From Planctomycetota bacterium (lineage in GTDB: Bacteria; Planctomycetota; UBA11346): a stretch of DNA of 64,000 bases. This document shows positions 1 to 8,738 of the stretch, piece by piece (positions within the stretch are counted from its first letter, which is position 1; each line of letters starts with the position of its first letter). Where the stretch lies: positions 165,551-229,550 of the forward strand of contig JADGDD010000005.1 of the NCBI GenBank assembly GCA_016745075.1, written 5' to 3'. The position numbers and the translations under genes were made by a program. The notes under the pieces are model-generated. The model saw nothing but the letters and a program-made list of their open reading frames with translations, did not search any database and had not been told where the DNA came from.

Positions 1-1208
1 GCAAAGCTATTAGACATAACAAAGCTTGGGTGGCCAGTAGCACAGCCAAGGTTTACGAGGCGGCCTTTGGCAAGCAGAATAATTCGTTTGTTGTCTGGCC
101 ATATAACATGGTCAACTTGTGGTTTGATTTCTTCCCAGCTGATGGCGTCGTCGTTTTCGAGCGAGGCGACTTGAATTTCTGAGTCAAAATGGCCGATGTT
201 GCAAACGATAGCGTTGTGTTTCATCGCATCCATATGAGCACGAATAATAACATCTTTGTTTCCAGTAGTGGTAACAAAGATATCACCAAATTTGGCTGCT
301 TCTTCCATGGTCACAACTTGGAAGCCTTCCATGCAGGCTTGTAGGGCACAGATTGGATCAATTTCGGTAACGAAGACGGTTGCACCTTGTCCGCGGAATG
401 CTTGTGCACAGCCTTTACCAACATCACCGTAGCCACAAACAACTGCCTTTTTACCGCTAATCATAACGTCTGTTGCGCGTTTAATGCCATCTATAAGAGA
501 CTCACGGCAGCCATAGAGGTTATCAAATTTAGATTTGGTAACGCAGTCGTTTACGTTGATGGCAGGGAAGCGAAGACTGCCATCTTGTTCGCGGTGGTAG
601 AGGCGGTGAACACCAGTGGTGGTTTCTTCACTTACGCCAAGAATACTGTCGGCTTTGCGACTATAGAATGTTGGGTCTACGGCGAGTTTTGCTTTAATAC
701 TGGCCAGCAAAACGCCCTCTTCTTCGCTTTCAGGGGTGCGGTCAAGAATGCTTTGGTCTTTTTCAGCATCACAACCAAGGTGAACGAGTAAGGTTGCATC
801 ACCACCATCATCAAGAATAAGATTCGGTTCTTCGTCTGTGCTTGACCAGTCCAATATTTGATGGGTATAGTTCCAGAATTCTTTGAGCGATTCGCCTTCA
901 TAGGCAAATACTGGAGTGCCAGCATCGGCGATAGCCGCAGCAGCATGGTCTTGGGTTGAGAAGATATTGCAGCTTGCCCAGCGCACGCGTGCACCAAGTG
1001 CTTCGAGTGTTTGAATAAGGACGGCGGTTTGAATGGTCATGTGTAATGAGCCGGCAATGCGCGCGCCTTTAAGTGGTTGTTCGTCTGCGTATTTGCGACG
1101 AATTGCCATAAGTCCAGGCATTTCATGTTCAGCAATGGCGATTTCTTTGCGGCCCCATTCGGCGCCTGCGATGTCGGCAATTGCGTAGGTATCGGTTGTT
1201 TGTGGCAT
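1..1208 (-). CDS. ahcY: Adenosylhomocysteinase (SAH hydrolase); 3' end lies beyond window start
   Basis: My minus-strand translation from the ATG at 1208..1206 gives [68 protein letters not shown]...[15 protein letters not shown]...[21 protein letters not shown]. This is canonical AhcY with its NAD-binding glycine motif. The ORF has no stop inside the window, so it is missing from the ORF track. The listed ORFs 387..791, 677..997, 1077..1268 and 1129..1338 are shadow frames. Confidence 0.95.
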   Translation of the reverse strand, partial: MPQTTDTYAIADIAGAEWGRKEIAIAEHEMPGLMAIRRKYADEQPLKGARIAGSLHMTIQTAVLIQTLEALGARVRWASCNIFSTQDHAAAAIADAGTPVFAYEGESLKEFWNYTHQILDWSSTDEEPNLILDDGGDATLLVHLGCDAEKDQSILDRTPESEEEGVLLASIKAKLAVDPTFYSRKADSILGVSEETTTGVHRLYHREQDGSLRFPAINVNDCVTKSKFDNLYGCRESLIDGIKRATDVMISGKKAVVCGYGDVGKGCAQAFRGQGATVFVTEIDPICALQACMEGFQVVTMEEAAKFGDIFVTTTGNKDVIIRAHMDAMKHNAIVCNIGHFDSEIQVASLENDDAISWEEIKPQVDHVIWPDNKRIILLAKGRLVNLGCATGHPSFVMSNSF

Positions 1209-1349
1209 GGTTTCTCTCCTTTATCGATGTATCATGATATGTTGATGGTTGAGCAAGTCCATGTATAAAATGGGCAGGAACTTCACATATGAAAAAATTG
1301 TGGAAGGTTTTTTCTTGCTTGCAATTGCCTGTGCGCATGTCTAGCGTTG

Positions 1350-1480
1350 CAAGTGTTCAAGGTGTTGAGGGCGTTCTGTCGCCTAACAACACGGGAATCC
1401 GGTGAGAATCCGGAGCGGACCCGCCACTGTAAACATTGTGCAGTAATGCCAATGTAAGCCAGGAGACCGACCTTGAATCA
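1350..1480 (+). promoter_or_regulatory. Cobalamin (B12) riboswitch in the 5' leader of the TonB-dependent receptor gene
   Basis: The conserved core GGGAATCCGGTGAGAATCCGGAGCGGACCCGCCACTGTAA is followed by the B12-box-like AAGCCAGGAGACCGACC. There is a closing helix, TTCAAGGT (1356..1363) with ACCTTGAA (1470..1477). A downstream hairpin, CCGAAGAGCGC...GCGCTTCTTTCGG, sits just before the start codon at 1595. Confidence 0.88.
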
Positions 1481-1594
1481 CAGGTAACCAACTCCTCGGG
1501 GAATGGAACGGTTGCGTATTCGAGTTGGCCTTTGCAAAGGTTTCCGAAGAGCGCCCCTGTGTTTTCTTAAACGCGCTTCTTTCGGGAGATAATC

Positions 1595-3547
1595 ATGCGC
1601 CATATTTCATTGGCACACATCGTGCCAACCTTGCTACTCAGTGTAGCTTCTAACCTTACCGCTGAGGATGTTACTCAGCCTATCCCAGTGGAGCCGACTG
1701 CCGATAATTCTGTAGAGGCGGTAACGCCTGTTACTCCAGAGCCGCAACGGATGTCTTCTGATTCATCGCAAGATGTCATTGTTGTGACGGCACGTCGTCA
1801 AGAAATGAACATCGCTGATGTTGCTGGTACCGTGCATCTTATTTCTCATGAAGAAATTAAAGAACGCGCTCGCCCTATTCAATTGAATGATTGGCTGAAT
1901 ACGGTTCCTGGCGTTAATACTTATCGTTCAGGCGGTGTTGCTGGAGCCAGTTCTATTCGTTTACGTGGCGCACTCAGCAGCGGTACTCAATTTGTGTATG
2001 ATGGTGTTCCATTAAAAGATTCTTCAGCCCCACAAACGGCTCCAAATGCGAGTATGGGAAATACTGCCGGAATTAAACAGGTGGAAGTCGCGCTTGGGCC
2101 ACAATCGAGTTTATACGGTAGTGACGCTGTCGGCGGGTTAGTTCATGTCATTCCTCTACGGGCAACAGAAGAGCACGAAGGTTTTATTCGCATGGGGGCT
2201 GGCTCTTTTGAGACCACTCAATTTGATAGCCAAATGACTGGGCCATTAACAGAAAAGTTGGGTTATGCGTTTGGTGTATCTACAGTCAAAACAGATGGCT
2301 TTAGTAATAAAACCACGGATGACGATGGTGACCCAAAAGACCATGAAGAAGACGGCTTCACGCGCCAAGGCGTGTATGCTCGTTTGGACTGGTTTGTTAC
2401 AGATAATATAGATTTGTCATTCATCGCAGATAAAGTAGATAGTGAATCAGAATATGATGGAGCATCAGCCGATGATGCTGCGTCTATTAGTGAAGTTGAT
2501 GCGTTACGTTACCAAATAAATGCTGATGCCGATGTGACAGATACGCTTTTCTTAAGTATTCGATTGGCGCAAACAGAGTATGATCGTTTATATCCAGCCA
2601 GCACATGGGTGTCTGGTTACAAAGGGGCAGAAGATTTTGCAAGTGTGCAAGTTGGATCAGATATAGATGAGCAAACTTCTGTTAGTGGTGGTGTTGAATA
2701 TCGTAAGGAAGAAATAACAACCGTTCCTGTTTCTGCATTTGCAACTCCAGTAGATGAGGATGCTATTCACAGAGCTGTTTGGGCACAAACGGCTTATGAT
2801 AGAGATGATTATTCCTTTGATGCCTCTGTCCGTAATGAACAACATAGTACCGGCCCCAATGCTGCTACCTGGCATCTTGGTGGAGCGTATTTCTTAAATG
2901 ATCGTTCTGTGAAGATTCATGCAAATGTTGGTACCGCTTATCGTGCAGCATCTTTATCAGAATCGCATTATGGTACAACAGATGCCAGTAATTTGAAGGC
3001 CGAAGAAAGTATGGGAGCGGAGCTTGGTATTCTTGCTCAACTAGAATCAAACCTTACACTTGCTGCTACTGCATTCCAAACCGATTATCGTAAGCGTATT
3101 ATTATTAAATCTGATTTCTCTGCCTATATCAATGATGACGGTGGTTATGTTCGTGGTGTGGAATTATCAGCACGTCAAGAAGTGACAGACCTAGATCTTT
3201 CTTGGAACATTGCTGCTACTATTCAGGAAGCAGAAGAAGATAAAGCGGTAGAAGAGCGCTTGCCAGAACAAGTTCTGCATTTGTCAGTAACATGGGCTCC
3301 ACAAGAAGGCGCATGGCTTCGAGCAGATGTACATCATGTTGGTACTCGTAAGCCATCACAATATGCAGTGAACCAAGATGATCTTGATGCCTATACCATT
3401 ATAGATTTGGTTGGAGGTTGGCCCATTGGAGATTCTTTAGTTCTTGATGCTCGGGTAGAAAATATATTCGACACCGATTACGAACAAATTGATGCCTATG
3501 CAACACCTGGCCAATCAGTCTATGTTGGATTAACAGCAACATACTAA
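1595..3547 (+). CDS. btuB: TonB-dependent outer-membrane receptor, probable corrinoid transporter
   Basis: 650-aa ORF with an N-terminal signal-like segment, a plug region (DVIVVTARRQEMNIADVAG..HLIS) and beta-barrel repeats, ending in an aromatic residue (..YVGLTATY). It lies immediately downstream of a cobalamin riboswitch. Confidence 0.85.
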   Translation: MRHISLAHIVPTLLLSVASNLTAEDVTQPIPVEPTADNSVEAVTPVTPEPQRMSSDSSQDVIVVTARRQEMNIADVAGTVHLISHEEIKERARPIQLNDWLNTVPGVNTYRSGGVAGASSIRLRGALSSGTQFVYDGVPLKDSSAPQTAPNASMGNTAGIKQVEVALGPQSSLYGSDAVGGLVHVIPLRATEEHEGFIRMGAGSFETTQFDSQMTGPLTEKLGYAFGVSTVKTDGFSNKTTDDDGDPKDHEEDGFTRQGVYARLDWFVTDNIDLSFIADKVDSESEYDGASADDAASISEVDALRYQINADADVTDTLFLSIRLAQTEYDRLYPASTWVSGYKGAEDFASVQVGSDIDEQTSVSGGVEYRKEEITTVPVSAFATPVDEDAIHRAVWAQTAYDRDDYSFDASVRNEQHSTGPNAATWHLGGAYFLNDRSVKIHANVGTAYRAASLSESHYGTTDASNLKAEESMGAELGILAQLESNLTLAATAFQTDYRKRIIIKSDFSAYINDDGGYVRGVELSARQEVTDLDLSWNIAATIQEAEEDKAVEERLPEQVLHLSVTWAPQEGAWLRADVHHVGTRKPSQYAVNQDDLDAYTIIDLVGGWPIGDSLVLDARVENIFDTDYEQIDAYATPGQSVYVGLTATY

Positions 3548-3572
3548 TGCATTCCTTTCTGTAAAAAAGTTG

Positions 3573-3620
3573 CCGTATCAGCTTCTCTGATAAGAGGCTG
3601 ATGCCGGTCTTCCATTTTTT
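3573..3620 (+). terminator. Possible intrinsic terminator after btuB
   Basis: Imperfect hairpin CCGTATCAGC...GCTGATGCCGG followed by TCTTCCATTTTTT. Confidence 0.3.
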
Positions 3621-3760
3621 AAGAACAGTATATACGTGTTGGTGGCGTAAGGCATTCTTTGGTTGACATGCTCCGTGTACGAATGGGCTGTGATGGAGCA
3701 TCCCACTCTCTTCCTTCGATTGTTGCCACCAACATCTGTATAGTCTTAAAGGGTTCATGA

Positions 3761-4297
3761 ATGATGCATTTTATTACAGGCGGGGCACGCAGCGGGAAAA
3801 GTAGTTATGCTTTAAGCTGCGCAGAAAATATAACAGAAGAAGGCCGCTTATTTATTGCAACTTGTCCACGCATTGATGGCGAAATGGATGCCCGCATTGC
3901 TCGGCATCAAGCAGAACGTGAAGGCCGTGGCTGGCGAACTCATGAATGTGAAGTAGAACTGGTAGAGACCTTAGCATATTATAATTCGGCAGAGAATGCT
4001 GTATCGGTTATCCTTATAGATTGTTTAACCCTGTGGGTGAATAATTTATTGTATCATAATTCAGAAGGTATGGGCGAAGACCTGATGCAAACATATGCAG
4101 ATAAACTTGCGCAGAGTCTCTCACAACATTGTGCCGATACCATTATTGTTAGTAATGAAGTGGGAATGGGCATTGTCCCAGATGACGAAATAACCAGACG
4201 CTACAGAGACATAGCAGGGCGCTGTAATCGTATTATTGCAGATGCAGCAGACCGCGTTACTTTTATGGTCAGCGGTCAACCTTTAGTGGTGAAGTAG
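3761..4297 (+). CDS. cobU: Bifunctional adenosylcobinamide kinase / adenosylcobinamide-phosphate guanylyltransferase
   Basis: 178 aa with the P-loop ITGGARSGKSSYAL at the N-terminus. Size and sequence (..IDCLTLWVNNLL.., ..VSNEVGMGIVP..) are typical of CobU/CobP. Confidence 0.9.
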   Translation: MMHFITGGARSGKSSYALSCAENITEEGRLFIATCPRIDGEMDARIARHQAEREGRGWRTHECEVELVETLAYYNSAENAVSVILIDCLTLWVNNLLYHNSEGMGEDLMQTYADKLAQSLSQHCADTIIVSNEVGMGIVPDDEITRRYRDIAGRCNRIIADAADRVTFMVSGQPLVVK

Positions 4298-4299
4298 TT

Positions 4300-4941
4300 T
4301 TATTGATAATCTGTAATGCTGTTATAAAGCGCCGTGCTGAGAGCGTGAGCAAGTGCATATCCCGCGTGGGTATGTTTACCGCACCACGGTAGTGATGGCT
4401 GATGGTGTCCTGTGGGGCCATTAACAATGGCTACCGCATCAGTACCAGTGCCAGTCGCAATTTTACCAGAAACTAAAGAGCGAATAGCAAGGTCTTGTAA
4501 AGTGGCCGCTTTTGCTTCGGTCACCATAGCAACCGCTTCAACGAGGGCTGCTGGTGTGAGGTGCATCTCACAAATAATAATACTATTAATGGTACCAATA
4601 TGAATACTTTCATCAGCAGGATCACCCGCCCGACGAGCATTACCCAAACCACAGGTGACCAATGCACTAAGAGAAATATCCCCTGTGTGATAACGAGTGT
4701 GGCGAAAACTCTTCATAGAAGCAGCGGTCATTAAACCAACCATACGCCGTGAGCCCGTCTGTTCATATATATAATGTTCTAATTCAGGAATGCTGCCATC
4801 GTTATTGGTGACACAGCGGTTCACTATGCCATCAGCCATTTGTAGGCCACCATACAATGGGGCAGAAGATAATACTTCTCGTTGCTCATCAAAACGAATA
4901 AGCACATGTTCGGAATTATGATCAATGAACATAGGAGGCAA
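4300..4941 (-). CDS. cbiZ: Adenosylcobinamide amidohydrolase
   Basis: 213 aa. Matches the CbiZ family pattern (..VLSSAPLYGG.., ..GTINSIIICEMHLTPAALVEAVAMVTEAKAATLQDL.., ..TGTGTDAVAIV). It is the last gene of the btu operon. Confidence 0.8.
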   Translation of the reverse strand: MPPMFIDHNSEHVLIRFDEQREVLSSAPLYGGLQMADGIVNRCVTNNDGSIPELEHYIYEQTGSRRMVGLMTAASMKSFRHTRYHTGDISLSALVTCGLGNARRAGDPADESIHIGTINSIIICEMHLTPAALVEAVAMVTEAKAATLQDLAIRSLVSGKIATGTGTDAVAIVNGPTGHHQPSLPWCGKHTHAGYALAHALSTALYNSITDYQ

Positions 4942-4944
4942 AAT

Positions 4945-5898
4945 TTATTGACGGTCTTTAACAGAGAGCATTTGTTCATCACTGGTATAGATTACGCGGT
5001 GGAGGGTTTCGGCGGCTTCAATCATTAGGTAGCCAGGGTCGCCCCACAGGCCTGGTTCCATCTCTAAAATAGTATTATTTTTGACAGCGCTGAGGACTTG
5101 CATGCTTGGCATGTTACGTAATTCTTCTGCGCCACCAACATGGGTAATAATAATAGGTGGGTCCAGTATAATCAGTTCATCGGCGGTGTATTGTGGCCAG
5201 CCTGTATAGCCTGCTTCAGCAGCAACATCAATTACTCCAGCGGCTTCAAATACATCATAATAACAAGTGCCGGTGGTTCCTCCAAAGAATGTACCATTGT
5301 AGACGTTTAAATGCAGTGCACGTTTCTTTGTCTGCGGGTGCGCATTTTTTAAAAGTGTCAAACGATATTTGAAGTCCGCAATAAAAACGGCACCCCGTTC
5401 GCGTTCGTCAACAAGGTCGGCTATTTTTTCGCAAGCTTGGAGAAATGTTTGTATACCGTAGCCATTACCTAAATCGATAACAGGGATGTCAGCTTCACGG
5501 AGACGTTTAACAGCCTTATTGCTGGTTCCATGAGTAAAATCAATAACGAGGTCTGGGCCTTGGGCAATTAATTCTTCTAAATCATCGTTGCGGCTCAGTC
5601 TCGCTTTATTGGAGCGGTATCGGTCAAGGCGGTTTGGAGCAGCCTTGCTCCATGCCATAATCCGATCAAGGTTAACGAGGTGCATTAAAATACTATCAGA
5701 CAACAAACTTAAAGAAGCAATACGCTGATATGGTTTACAGGCGACTGCTACATTATCTGCATCACGGATATAGCGTTGTGTGGTGTCTTTTGGTTGATTC
5801 TCAGAATAATGTAAACTAAGGATTGGCCACAGACTCATTAGAGCAATTGCGCAGAGTACAATAATGGTGTTGCCAATATCTATACGTTTGATGGACAT
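4945..5898 (-). CDS. btuF: Periplasmic corrinoid/siderophore-type ABC substrate-binding protein (membrane-anchored)
   Basis: The ORF track gives 4945..5994. I prefer the ATG at 5898 (MSIKRIDIGNTIIVLCAIALMSLW..., an N-terminal hydrophobic anchor) because it avoids overlapping the upstream gene, which stops at 5903. The fold looks Peripla_BP_2-like (..IASLSLLSDSILM.., ..PDLVIDF..) and the gene sits in a btuCD context. Confidence 0.75.
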   Translation of the reverse strand: MSIKRIDIGNTIIVLCAIALMSLWPILSLHYSENQPKDTTQRYIRDADNVAVACKPYQRIASLSLLSDSILMHLVNLDRIMAWSKAAPNRLDRYRSNKARLSRNDDLEELIAQGPDLVIDFTHGTSNKAVKRLREADIPVIDLGNGYGIQTFLQACEKIADLVDERERGAVFIADFKYRLTLLKNAHPQTKKRALHLNVYNGTFFGGTTGTCYYDVFEAAGVIDVAAEAGYTGWPQYTADELIILDPPIIITHVGGAEELRNMPSMQVLSAVKNNTILEMEPGLWGDPGYLMIEAAETLHRVIYTSDEQMLSVKDRQ

Positions 5899-5902
5899 CT
5901 GT

Positions 5903-6580
5903 TTATGCTTCCTGTATCTGAGCGTAGTGATAACCGCCATCGGTAAAATGGTCTGACAATACGTATGGAATGGGGTGGGCAAAGCTTGGCCCATTTACAA
6001 CGACGGTATGAAAATCACCATCTTCACCAGCAGGGTCTACGCCTGCTTTTTCTAGATCATGAATAGTTTCTTCGGTAAAGGTACGACCAAGAAAACTACG
6101 ATCTAAAACATTTTCTCGAACCGCAATAATAACTGCTGTATAACCAGCATGAATGAATTCATCAACCACAGCTCGGCGAGACATCTGCCACAGTGGTTCG
6201 CAAGCATGTAGACCAACATTTTTGCAAACGTCTTCTACCCAAACGCGATGGCCGTCTAAATCAATATCACCAAATACTGCCGTGGTTATATTTTGTTTGC
6301 GTGCGGCCCGTAATTGTTTTTCAAAGGCAACGCGGTACCCCTGCCATGTTGCAGCAGCAGTGATGCTCTGTGCGCCAATTGCTTCTGCTTGAGCTTGTAA
6401 GAAGCGTGGTGGAAGGGCATGGCCTCGTGAACGGTTGCCATTATCTTCAAGCATTGTTATCAGCATGGCGGCAGTGCCACCAGCTTCTATGCAGCGATGC
6501 ATGGCAAGGCACGCATCTTTGCCGCCACTCCAAGAGACGAGAAATGTTTGTTTGTTTATGTCAGAAAGCGGACGTAACAT
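5903..6580 (-). CDS. PP-loop ATP pyrophosphatase of the MJ0570/Dph6 (DUF71, diphthine-ammonia-ligase-like) family
   Basis: 225 aa with the PP-loop SWSGGKDACLA near the N-terminus and the GEDGDFHTVVV motif typical of this family. It is embedded between btuD and btuF with 2-4 nt spacers. Confidence 0.75.
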   Translation of the reverse strand: MLRPLSDINKQTFLVSWSGGKDACLAMHRCIEAGGTAAMLITMLEDNGNRSRGHALPPRFLQAQAEAIGAQSITAAATWQGYRVAFEKQLRAARKQNITTAVFGDIDLDGHRVWVEDVCKNVGLHACEPLWQMSRRAVVDEFIHAGYTAVIIAVRENVLDRSFLGRTFTEETIHDLEKAGVDPAGEDGDFHTVVVNGPSFAHPIPYVLSDHFTDGGYHYAQIQEA

Positions 6581-6582
6581 AA

Positions 6583-7374
6583 TTAGTGTTGCTCACGTAT
6601 ATCTTGAAAAGCATTTTCAGTAAATGACCAGGATTCTCTTCGGCAAATATCTGTTTCATAAAGATGACTCAGACTGTCTGCCTGCAAGGTTTCTGTGGCA
6701 CTGCCAAGGCCAACGCATGCTCCTCCTTTGAGTAGGCAAACGCTGTCGGCAAGGGTTGCCGTTAATTCAAGATCATGCATGGCAGCAATAACAGTGCGGC
6801 CTTGTTCACATAAACGTTTTAATACCTGAACAATACCAAGACAGTGGCGTACATCTAAGCCGGCGGCTGGTTCATCTAAAATGATAATTTTGGCTTGGGT
6901 CGTGAGGGCACGGGCAATAAGCACCCGCTGTTGTTCACCACTAGATAACGCAGTGAATGGTCGTTTACGCAAGTTCGTAATATCGCAGGCCTGTAAAGAA
7001 TTTTCTATAATAGTATAATCCTCTGTCGTCAGTTTATCCCATGGTGCCATGTGTGGGTAACGTCCTTGGGCAACCACTTCTTCAACCAAAAGCGGAAAGG
7101 TGAGTCCGCTTTTCTGAGGAACATAAGCCATGATGCGGGCCCGTTCACGAAGTGAGCGTTCAGCTAAATCATGGCCCTCTATTTGTATAGTGCCTGTGAG
7201 TAGCGGATAAAGACCAAGTAAGCCTTTAATGAGCGTGCTTTTACCAGCGCCATTTGGTCCGAGTAAACAGAGGCAGGTGGCTTGTTCCAGTGTCAAAGAG
7301 CATGGCATGATGTAAGGCTGTTGGCCGTCTCCACCTTTGGCGATGCTAATGTGTTCTGCGTGAAGAATGCTCAT
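6583..7374 (-). CDS. btuD: ABC transporter ATP-binding protein (corrinoid/iron-siderophore type)
   Basis: Walker A GPNGAGKST, signature LSSGEQQRV and Walker B IIILDEP. The start is taken at MSILHAEHISI (ATG 7374), which overlaps the btuC stop as ATGA. The ORF track extends the frame to 7485. Confidence 0.85.
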   Translation of the reverse strand: MSILHAEHISIAKGGDGQQPYIMPCSLTLEQATCLCLLGPNGAGKSTLIKGLLGLYPLLTGTIQIEGHDLAERSLRERARIMAYVPQKSGLTFPLLVEEVVAQGRYPHMAPWDKLTTEDYTIIENSLQACDITNLRKRPFTALSSGEQQRVLIARALTTQAKIIILDEPAAGLDVRHCLGIVQVLKRLCEQGRTVIAAMHDLELTATLADSVCLLKGGACVGLGSATETLQADSLSHLYETDICRRESWSFTENAFQDIREQH

Positions 7375-8471
7375 AGCGTCATCTCCCTGTGTTGACGAAC
7401 CAGCAAGACGATTAGGAATGGTGCACCAAATAGGGCGGTTAATACACCGAGCGGTAGAGTGGTGTCTGTGGGAATGGAGCGGCACGCAACGTCACAGGCC
7501 ACCACAAAAGCAGCACCACCAAGAGCCGATTGAAAGAATAAAGGGCGGTGTTTGCTGCCGACGACTAAACGTAATATATGAGGAATCACCAAACCAACAA
7601 ACGAGAGACCGCCTGCTAATGATACCGCGCCAGCACAGAGTAGTGCGGCATAAACAACACACCAAAAACGTGTACGTTTAATATCACAACCAAGAGCAGC
7701 AGCTTCTTCTTCGCCAACGACCATAATATCTAAATTACGACTCCATACCCAGCCTGCCACCAGTGCACAAACAATAAGCGGGGCAGCCATTTGTACTTCT
7801 TTAGAACCAGTAGCATCAACGCCGCCTAATGTAAACGCGAGCATGGTGCGGGCTAGTTCCCAGCCGGATAAAGCGAGGCTAGTCGCCAGTGCTCCGAGTG
7901 CTCCGAGCAGGGCAGTCAGCATAACACCTACCAGCAAAATAGTGATGGTGCCAACACGCCCAGCAATGCTCAGTAAAGCAAATAAGGTGAGGAGTCCACC
8001 GCCAACACAGCCAAGCGGAACCAGTAATTCAGTCGAGAGTCCTAACTGTGGGCCGCCCAGCCAACCACCAGCACAGAAGAGACCAGCTAAGAGAATGGTT
8101 TGACCACCGAGCATAGCCCCAGCAGTCACCCCAATAACCGATGGTGAGGCGAGTACATTACGAAAGAGCCCTTGAATGAGTACGCCAGCCGAAGCCAATG
8201 CGGCCCCCGCGAGAGCAGCAGCTAAAGTGCGTTGTAAGCGCAAATCAAATAAAATGGATTGGACGGTTGTGTCATCGCTGCTGGGGCCAACCAGCATATT
8301 GGTGGTAATAGCCAAGCAGAGCAGTAGACATGGAAGTAATGTCAGTACTTTCTGTGTGAATTGCGTTTTTTGCGTATCCTGCACAAGAACAACCATATGA
8401 GGACAAGGTAAACGACGAGACGTGCAGAGCATCCAGAAACAGTTGGTCTGCTGTTTGGACAGTCTTTTCAT
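7371..8471 (-). CDS. btuC: FecCD-family ABC permease (corrinoid import)
   Basis: Polytopic membrane protein with FecCD-type sequence (..LAGAALASAGVLIQGLFRNVLASPSVIGVTAGA.., ..GLVIPHILRLVVGSKHR..). The true start may instead be the internal ATG at 8396 (MVVLVQD...), because the first 25 residues look non-native. Confidence 0.85.
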   Translation of the reverse strand: MKRLSKQQTNCFWMLCTSRRLPCPHMVVLVQDTQKTQFTQKVLTLLPCLLLCLAITTNMLVGPSSDDTTVQSILFDLRLQRTLAAALAGAALASAGVLIQGLFRNVLASPSVIGVTAGAMLGGQTILLAGLFCAGGWLGGPQLGLSTELLVPLGCVGGGLLTLFALLSIAGRVGTITILLVGVMLTALLGALGALATSLALSGWELARTMLAFTLGGVDATGSKEVQMAAPLIVCALVAGWVWSRNLDIMVVGEEEAAALGCDIKRTRFWCVVYAALLCAGAVSLAGGLSFVGLVIPHILRLVVGSKHRPLFFQSALGGAAFVVACDVACRSIPTDTTLPLGVLTALFGAPFLIVLLVRQHREMTL

Positions 8472-8504
8472 CTGTGATAGACATTCGGTCCCCGTCGAAT
8501 GTTG

Positions 8505-8690
8505 TCATTGTTGCAAGGCCGGTCTTCTGGCTTGTGTCTATGACCAACGACCCCTTCCCATTCTTTCTCTTCTGAGGAAGAGTAAGAACAGTGGTACGGC
8601 AGTCGGCAGAACACGTACAGCGGCGAGTCCGCTCCAGTTTTGAACTGGATTCCCGTTTCACCTCTCACATCTCGGAGAGGCACCTCACAC
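8505..8690 (-). promoter_or_regulatory. Cobalamin (B12) riboswitch, leader of btuC-btuD-PPloop-btuF-cbiZ
   Basis: Read on the minus strand: GGTGAAACGGGAATCCAGTTCAAAACTGGAGCGGACTCGCCGCTGTA (plus coordinates 8618..8662) and the B12 box AAGCCAGAAGACCGGCC (8517..8533). It lies between the cbiB stop (8739) and the btuC start. Confidence 0.88.
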
Positions 8691-8738
8691 AAAAGATGCT
8701 ATGTTCTAATAGGTTCTCGCAAGTAGCGGTTATAATTA

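Noticed and set aside
1209-1340. SAH riboswitch upstream of ahcY.
   Set aside because: The leader lacks the conserved SAH-riboswitch core (GC-rich pseudoknot-forming segments). It is short and AT-rich.
8272-8692. ORFs 8272..8661, 8422..8643 and 8468..8692 in the btuC upstream region.
   Set aside because: They overlap the cobalamin riboswitch and the btuC 5' end, and their products are Cys/Arg-rich nonsense.
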